Origin: Candidatus Omnitrophota bacterium
GTDB taxonomy: Bacteria; Omnitrophota; Gorgyraeia; Zapsychrales; JBDRMG01
Length of the DNA: 47,932 nucleotides
NCBI GenBank assembly: GCA_043812495.1
Contig: JBDRMG010000020.1
Coordinates: forward strand, 1 to 47,932
Direction: 5' to 3'
The translations under genes were made by a program, and so were the position numbers. Of the stretch, positions 24,101-33,100 are shown one piece after another. Under the pieces are notes generated by a model that was not told the origin of the DNA, did no database searches, and saw nothing but the letters and a program-made list of their open reading frames with translations. Numbering within the stretch: position 1 is the first letter of the stretch; each line of letters starts with the position of its first letter.

Positions 24101-27100
24101 AAAGAGAAAAGCACCGACATTATTTTTCGGATATCTACCTTTTAAATAATGCATGCCTTCTTGTAAGTTTCGTAATGATTCGCCAAGATCAAGATATAAA
24201 GAGGTTTCTCCGCACGCCGATTCTTTAACCATAAGACCATTTCGCGCGATATGCTCAAGCTGATCCATGGTCAAAACCATGGGCCGGAACATCAGATTTG
24301 CGCCTTCTTGAGCGAATTTTTTAACACTCCTTTGGACTTTTGAATCAAGAAAGTTTTCATTTTTTAATTCATTGATGCTTGCAAACATGCATCGTTTTTC
24401 AAAGTATTCTCTAAAACTTAGACGATGAAATAAGTGTTGCTTAATTTTGTCCCAGTACTTAACCACCAAATAAACCACAACACCAAGCGCAAGCCCTATT
24501 GCTATCACCACATCCCAAAACGGCGAGAGGAGGGCGTAGGGGCTTATATTTTCAGAAGATTCAGGGGCGCTCTTTGGCTTGATCCAAGATTCATCCATTA
24601 TTGCCAAAGAGCGCCCCTGGTTATCTTTTAGTCCATATTGACTTTTTAAGCTGGCCATGTTATAGATTAAGAAGGAGGCGAAAAGTATGAAACTAAAAAT
24701 TGTGATAGAAAACGGCCAAGATGGATTTATCGTGGCCCATTGCCCTTCGCTCAAGGGATGCTGGAGCCAGGGCAAAACAGAAGCAGAGGCTATTAAGAAC
24801 ATCCGAGAGGCCATCCAGCTATACCTTGAGCCTGACCCCCAAGAAGTACGACCTGCCCCAAACCACAAAGTCCTAGAACTAGCCGTGTGACCCCTAAGCC
24901 ACCCCTTCTTTCCGGCAAAGAGATCGTAAAGGTCTTTAAGAAACTCGGCTTTTATCAAGTAAACCAAAAGGGCAGTCATATCAAAATTCGGAATGATTCC
25001 ACGTAAATCACTCTTATTGTTCCTGACCATAAAGAAGTTGACCGCTGGACTCTTAAAGGCATCCTGAAAGACGCGGAGATTTCTGCGGAGAAATTCATTC
25101 AACTTACCAAGTAATTTAGCTTTCTTTTTATCCCAATATCCGATTACCAAACAAATCACAACCGCTGCCAGAATAGCGGCTCCTAGGACAATATCCCAGG
25201 CCGGCGAAATGAGAGTCTGGACAGATGTCTTGCCAAAACCATCAGGGACGTCCTTCGCCGCGATCATAAGAGTGTCCCCTCCTGGGGACAGGCTTGAATG
25301 GCCGGCGAAGAACGTCCCTGCAACCTCAGGCGAAGCGAGTGTGAAAGAAATAAAATATCGGATGAGCCTAACGGCCAAGGCACCCAATAATAAGAACAGA
25401 AACATCTCAGGCAAGTCAACGAGAGACAAGATAGCTTGGTGATCAGCCTGCGAGTTTCCATCTTTGACTTCTTCCTGGGATAAGCTTTGTCTAATTTCAC
25501 GAGCAATTTTTCTTGTTAAATGAATAGTTCGATTCAAAATAATTACGATGATTACGGCCCACGCGAATGCTATCAAATGCAGATGGCTAATCCCCCGGAA
25601 TACAGAGCTGGTCACATCAATGATAAAAGGCAAGGCGATGGTTAGAATAAGCAGGAGAATATTCAACATGACTCTTGTTTTAGATTTGCACATATCCTTA
25701 AACACATATTTAAGCACTCGGAAAACAACCCTGATGGTACCAAAAACGCTTGATAAATTCTTTTCCAGCTCAAAGTTCAGCATCCTCTCTTCCTGAAGTA
25801 CTTTTAGTTCAGTTTTTAATCCCTCTTCATCGAAGGGCGGATGAATGCCTTGCTTTTCTAATATCAATTTGACAAGATCAAAGCTGTATTCAATGCTTTT
25901 GAAAGCTCCGATTTTGTTGCGTAAAATAAGAAAATCTTTCTCTCCAGGTTTACAGGTTTCCATTGTTTCTCTAAACAAGCTTCTTGCCTCTTGTGAAATC
26001 AAATCCCTAATCTGATGCCATTGATAATCATGCGCATATCCTTTGAAGAAATTAAGATAAGGATTATGCTTCTCTAATGTCTCTATCTGTGAGGACGATA
26101 AGTCACCATGACTGCATAAATCAAATAACATTGCATGTATCCCGCGGAGACTACTCATCACATCAAGAAGTTGACAAAGGAAAATCTTTTGCGATGGAGT
26201 TTCAATCTTCTTGATAGCTGAATCAAGATCTATCGTTAATACTTCCTTGGTCCTCTTATCTATTTGGTAATTACCATCATGACCTGAATAGTTTAGGAAT
26301 CCTGCATCGTGGAACTTTCTTAAAGCTATGCCTTTGGCTTTACACATTTTTGAATAAGCAAGGAGTATACTCATCAGGCCTTCTTCGAGATTTGACCATC
26401 CCCTTGCTTTCTCCATCGCCATCTTTTGAATAGTTTCGTCAAAACGTTCGTCGCTGCTATTTCTTACCCCTATCACAACAAATCCAATCTCTTCGTCAAA
26501 TCGAGGATCATCATACACGCCCCAGGCAACCGGGATATTCATTCCCGCGCCTTTTTCAAGGCCTTCTTCCATAATTTCATATTCATTTTGGGAGCGTTCG
26601 GCGCTTAAGGCGCCGCGATATTTCCTGTACCATTTTTTCAGAATAATATGCCGGCCTGTCTCATCCGAAGCAAATTCAAAATCCGAGGGCTCTTGATAGA
26701 TGACCGGCAGAGGCGGCGTGACCCTTCTTTTTGTCGCATAGACAACGCCTTTCAATTTCAAACTTTGAGCCGTGATTCTTTTTCCTCCCTTAAGTCTATC
26801 CCGAAGGGGCTGACCTAACTCTATATTGGCATTTCTTCCCGGCTCGCGTGCCTGCGATAATATTTTCCATGTCGCTGTTTTGATTATTTGATCTTTGACC
26901 TCTTCGGGAAGAGTCAGTTTAGGATTGAAATGAATTTCTTTGATTTTAAGAGGAAGGTTTCGCTTGGCTATCTGCGCCTGAATCCATACGTCTAATTTCA
27001 AGAAAGAAAGAATTCCGGATATCGGCCTGATCGACATCATCGCGAATAAACCAAAACCGGCAATCAGTGTTCCGCCCACCGGCGGGGCCTGAGCCCAGGC

Positions 27101-30100
27101 GGTGAGGGCCTGGAGATACTGGAGGACAAAATCATTGAACAAGAGCGCTATTAATGCCGCGCCTGCCCCCATCCAATCCAAAGCTCCCAAAAGGCACAGG
27201 GCGGGTCCTTCCGGCGTGCTTGAATCGCTTGAAATTTTTTCTTTTGCTTTTTTCTCTTGTGCTTTCCTTTTCTTTATTTCTTTCTCGACTTCCTTCTCCA
27301 ACGCCTCAAGAGTATCTTCATAGAGGTCGACATCAACTTCAGACAATGGAAGACGATAGATTCTCTCATGTTCATTAAGCTTCAATATGGCCCCAAGCAG
27401 ATTCTCGTAAATTTCCCAGGCCTCACCTAATCTCCGTTCGCAAATGGCTTTGTCTAATTCCTGAATATAATTGTCTACAGGCTCTCGAAAAGAGGCCATG
27501 CCGGTTTTCTTATACAGTCCTCCGCCATTGATGCGCTCGCGCAAGGCCAAAAACCGGTCCATGGGTCTGCCGGCCAAGATATGAATAGAATATTCCAGCG
27601 ACAACTCAAAAACAGGCTCAAGGTCGCGTATAATGGCGGCCGTGCGTTCAAATTTGTCTTTTTCCGGCGTCTCTAAGCACCACTCGGCTTCATCCAAATC
27701 TCTCTCGATTGTTTCGACAAACATTTCCTCAAAGGCGCGGACTGCTTGCTGCTGCCGGAGCGTCATGCGTCTCTCCAGCATCTCAAAGAAAGAGAGCGCT
27801 CTTAGTTTGGTAAGCCTGTCCGCGGCGCCTCCAATGACCACGGGAAGATTGGTCAGGCCTTTGGTTGTGAATTCCATGGAAACCTGCCCCAGCTGCGCGG
27901 GGAGCAGGGTCCTGTCCGGGTGCAGAAGCGGGCCGAATTCAATTTTTATATTATCCGCGGCCTCATTAATCGTTTCGTTACGATCCCGATAAGCATTCAA
28001 AAGGCCGGACAACGTATCCCCAATGCATGCCAGCTTTTTCGTGTTCAAATTATGGCCGTCAAATTCAAAAATATCTTTTTGCGACTCAATCTCAAGTTGC
28101 TTGAGAAGGAATAAAATAACCTCGAGAGGCACAATTCTTCTGTCGCGCCAATTGATATTCTTGTGCCTTACGATTTTTGCAAGAATATTTTCAATGTCTT
28201 TTTCTTCGGGAATGACTACTTTTTTGGCTTGGGCCTTTCCTCCTAAAAGCAGAGGCTGACCCGCCTGGCCTCCCAACATTCTGGAATTCGAAGGCGCGGT
28301 TGCCTGTGTTTGCGTTTCGATCAGTTTGATGGCATGTTCCAGGCCGTATTCCCTGAACTCTTGCTGCAGTTCCCGCACTTTTTCTCCCAGATTTCCCGGG
28401 TCGGCGCCTTCGACAAAGGCGGCAAATTCTATGTTGGCGCCGACACGGAACATGAGTACTTTGAGCTCCTCCACTCTCTCCCGGATATGACTGATGTCCG
28501 GCTCAAGCTTGTACTGCGTAATCTTGATGAGAAGCTCATTCTCATCCCTATCGAGCCTATCGGTCGCTTCTTCGATATCGCCGTGGGTTTTCTTTAAAGC
28601 GGCGAGTATTTGCGGGACCTCTTCCTTGATGCGTTCGACTTCCTGCCAAAGCGCAAACCATTCTATTCTCTGCGTTAATACATGCGCATCGAGTCCGAGA
28701 CCATAAGCGACTCTATTTAAATCGCCTCTTTGCTGGCGCAAAGTAACGAGGAGATCGATAAACTCTCTTTCGATGATATTCGGTTGATGCGCAAGACCCA
28801 AGGCCTCCAGCCTCTCTTCGAATTCTTTTTGATCGGCATTAAGGATTGAAGCGGCTTTGGCCAATGAACCCCGGGCTCGATAGAGGGCTCTTATGGCTAT
28901 TTCCTCTGTAATGGTCTTTGAGTCGTCCACGGGTTGAGGTTTGGCCTCACCTTCCTCTTTAAGAACAATGACCATGCCTATTTGCGCGGATCTTTGCTCT
29001 TCTTCCACGATCGTATATCGGCGCAAAGTTATTAGCGCATGTTTCGGCACGCCTTTGGATGCGACGCGTATTTTTCTGTATGCTAAGACAGGTTTTTGAC
29101 CGTCACTGCAGGCGTCTTCCCATAAATCAGTTATTCTATCGGCTTGTTCTTTTATGAGCTGGCTTTTTGTGTTTCCTTCTCCTATTTCAAGCGTCGGTAA
29201 ATCGAATATTTCCAAGAACGGATTAATTTCTCTGTGGATGATTTGCCAGACACGACCATCCGTCATTTGAGCGAGCTCTCCCAATGTTTCTTGTGTCGGA
29301 TAAATACCGAATTCTGCATAATAGGCTTGATGAATATGGAGAACTTTTCTTTGCGCATCCTGAAGAAGTTCCCAATAGACAAAGCTGAAATTCCTCCGGT
29401 TGGATGATTTGGCTTCGCTGCGCATTAACGCTTCGGTAAGACTGGGTACAAAAGATTCTTCTTTCAGCATTCCTGCCAAGCAAGAGCAGAGCATGAGGAA
29501 TTGAGGGACGTTCTTCGCCGCAAGTCCATGGATGTCCCCAAAAAGGGACAGGCTTATGATCAAGGCGAAGAACGTCCCTAAAGTAATAATCATGACGTTT
29601 TGCTTGCGGGACAAAATGAAAGTGACAATTAAAATCCCAAGGACACCTAAGACAATCATAAGAACATCGCTTTGACACAAGTCAAAGAATGGGAACCCAA
29701 CAACGCACAACGTGCTCCCAGAAATAATACCAAGTATCTCATCTAGACTTCTACCCTCTTGGCAAATTTTTTGGATTTCATTGGCTGTGGTCATTGTAAT
29801 ATTTGCCTGCCCATCGACTAACTCTTTGATGATGTATTCAACGTCCTTTACTCTAGTGGATTGAATATCTTGATGGCCTCCTATGGCAATCGCTATTTTG
29901 CTCCGCATAAGACCACCTTGTCTTGTCGGAGAAAATTTCTTTTCTTCTAATTGGTCTTTGATCCATGTTGTAATGTCAAATTTCATCCTACGGCTTTCAG
30001 AAAACTTCACTGCAAAGGTTTCTTCTCTCTCTTTTACCTCTGCTACAGCATCTTGTTCTTCTTGCGCTCCCTCAACTTGTGTAATCCCGGGTTCTGTTAT

Positions 30101-33100
30101 TTGTGCTTCCTCAACTTCTTCTCGTTCTGGAACTCCGGGCGCTGTTGCTGCCGCTTCTTCCGTTTCTTCTATTTCTCCGGCTTCGGGTTCTGTCACTTGG
30201 CCTTCAATCTCTTTATCTTCGTCAGCAGGTATCTCTTCTTCTTTTGAAAGGACAGGCGAGCCTCCGCGAACAGATTTGGGTTCTTCCTCAACTAGAATAT
30301 ATTTTCTTAAAACGGCCAAAGGTCCTTTCGGCACACCTTTTGACGCGATCCGTATTCTTGTGTATGGGAAAGCCGGTTTCTGGCCGTCGCTGCAGAGGGT
30401 TTCCCATAGAGTGCTCACGCTATTTATTTGTTTTTCGGTCAATTGTTTTCCTTTACCCTTTCCTTTGGGCTCAAGGGTTGGCAGATCAAAGATTTCTAAG
30501 AATGGATTGATTTCTCGATGGATAAACTGCCAAATCCGCCCATCAGTCATTCCAGCGAGCTGTCCTAAGGCTTCTTGTGTTGGATATTCACCAAATTGCG
30601 CATAGTAGGCTTGATGGAGACGGAGTACTTCTCTTTGAACATCTCTTAAAAGGTGCCAATAGACAAAACTAAAATTCTCTCGAGTGGCTGATGCAGTTTC
30701 GCTATCGATTAACTCTTTTGTCAGGTGAGGGATAAAGGGCCAGGCTCCCCATGCTTCCATTTTCAAGACTGATTCCTCATCAATTAAAGGAGACGGGCAT
30801 GATTCTAACAGCTTGGCGATTTCTTCAAATTTCTCGCCTTTTCCTTTGTTTTGTTCCTGCGCGATCAGTTCTTTTTGTTTTTGAATGATGCGCAAAGCCG
30901 TCTTAAGGTTATCGTCAAAAACATCCAGAAGCTGTTTCAAATTGTTCGCCCCGGGCCGCAGAGCGCAAATACCCGCAAGACTCAGTTTTATATTTTCAAT
31001 CGTTTTCACACCCTCGAGGATATAATGAACCTGCGCATAACCCAAAAGTGCATCCTGGTCAAAGTCTTTAAACGTATGGGTCAGTTTTTTGATTATCGTA
31101 AGCGTAACTTTTCTCATTCTGCCTTTATACCAATAAGCCGTCTTCTTGCTGGAAATACTCGGAAGGCCCTTAAAATATTCATTGATGAAATAATCGTATA
31201 TTTTTTGGTCGCTCCACTCGTCAGCATCGTCTGCTCGAAGGAAGGCAACTAAACATAATCCCGCAAAGAACAGACCGAGAATCCCTAAAATCGATGGATC
31301 GCCGTACCCTGTCCATCCATAATGAGCAGGCAAAGCATCCTCCGACCGGCTCCTCTTCATTCCTGCGGGCGCGAACCGTCCCGACGCCTCCATCTCTTTA
31401 AGATCGGACCAGAAATAGACACCGATTTGCTCCTCACCGGGCCCGCAATTGGAATCCACCTCTTGGCCATCCGCATAAACAACATATCTGAGACCGCTCA
31501 ACTTGAGAGCTTCTTTGTAGGTCTTTATTTCTATATGCGGATCTTGCGCTGGGCGATGGATGGCCTCTTTGACCGCTTGGAAAATATCACCTTCGGGGAA
31601 GCAAGGAATAAATTTAATTTGCTCACCCTGAGGTTTTTCTCTGTCATCGCGCACGGGCAGATGTATTTCCGTATATCTATTTGCATCTGTGGATGCTCTC
31701 TCCTTATTGACTTTCTCTTTATTAAAGGAACGGTGGAAGTCAATATTAGGTCTTCTTTCTCGTATAGAGAGAATATTATTGACTGTTCCATTAATAAGGA
31801 AAAGACCAATAAAGCCTGAAACAATTTGCTGGAACGTTGTTAACAGACAGCAATAAATATAATTTCCGATCATAACAAAACAGCTTTGTTTATTGTGAGC
31901 CAATTTTAATGTGAGCCATGCATCACTGAGAACTCCCCAAGGCGCAGGCACGCTCTCAATATCCGTGAAAGCCAATCGGCCTGTTAGGACTTGTCTTTGC
32001 TCGCTTATTTCGTTAGCATGATTTGTATTGTGAATCTCGGTTAAATAAATTGGGATTCGCTTCTTACCCAGAACACCGGCCAGGCAAAGCCCAGCCAACA
32101 CAAAGCCGAGAATCCCCAGGACCGTAACATCCCCCAGGAGGAAGAATTCATGGATAAGCTCCTTATTTGAATGCGCTGAAATAAGAGGCCTGATGCTTTT
32201 TCTTACCGGATAACCCCGGTTTTCTTCCAGCAAGTTCTGGTAGCAATACTCAAGCGCCCAGGCAAAATCAGCCGCGCGCTCCCCTCGAGATAAAAAGAAA
32301 CCTGCCTGGTGAACCGCGCACAGCAGAATAGCCTGGGGCTGGTCCGTATCCGTCAAAACGTCCAAGAGAAGCTGAATGCCTTGCGAATCACCAAGCCTTG
32401 AGACAAGGACAAAGAGGGCCCTGGCGCGTTTTTCCGCCGATTGGTTTGTGTCGAGCCATTCGTTCCGGATGATTTTTCCGGCCGCATCGTCATGAATGAA
32501 TAACAGGCGCGCCAGAACATTTTCATACACCCTAAGATCGTCCGTATTTAACGCCTTGCGAAGCCGCTTAATAATCCATCGGCCGTAGCGGGGGTCTTGA
32601 TTGGCAATGGATACCAATGGCTCTGTTTGGACATGCAGGGCCAACCAAGTCTGCTTGGTCTGCTCAATCAGAATTTCAACGACTTCCCGATCATAATGGT
32701 TCGAGAGGATGCCCATGATTTCCGCTTTGGCAAAGGGATGCGTGTCTGCCGTGCGCCAATAAGCAATCAGCCGCATTTTGATTTGAGCGTCCATCCTTTG
32801 GCTGAGCAGTTCAGCCGCCTTTTGTCGCACGTCCATATTTTCATGGCTCAAGTCCTGAATGGCCCGGTTGATAACGCGCCTATAATAGGAGCCGCGCACG
32901 CAAAAACGCGTATCAGCGTTTAATAAACCTTTTAAAACACTATAGGCCTGTTTTCTTAAGAGGGATCGTTCTTCACGCTGCAATACAAAAACAAAGAAAA
33001 CAAAACTTTTCGGCGTCGCCTCTTGGCTTAATAACCTTGCCAGGGACTGTATTTTGGGAATGGTTAGATGAGGATACTGTCCTTGGAGAGTTTGAAGGCT

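Noticed and set aside
24150..24330. ADP-ribosyltransferase-like motif (LMFRPMVL...IARNGL)
   Set aside because: Resemblance is too weak to call without a profile search.
29000..30690. DGR template/variable repeat pair
   Set aside because: Differences are not adenine-specific, both copies are coding, and no reverse transcriptase is seen.
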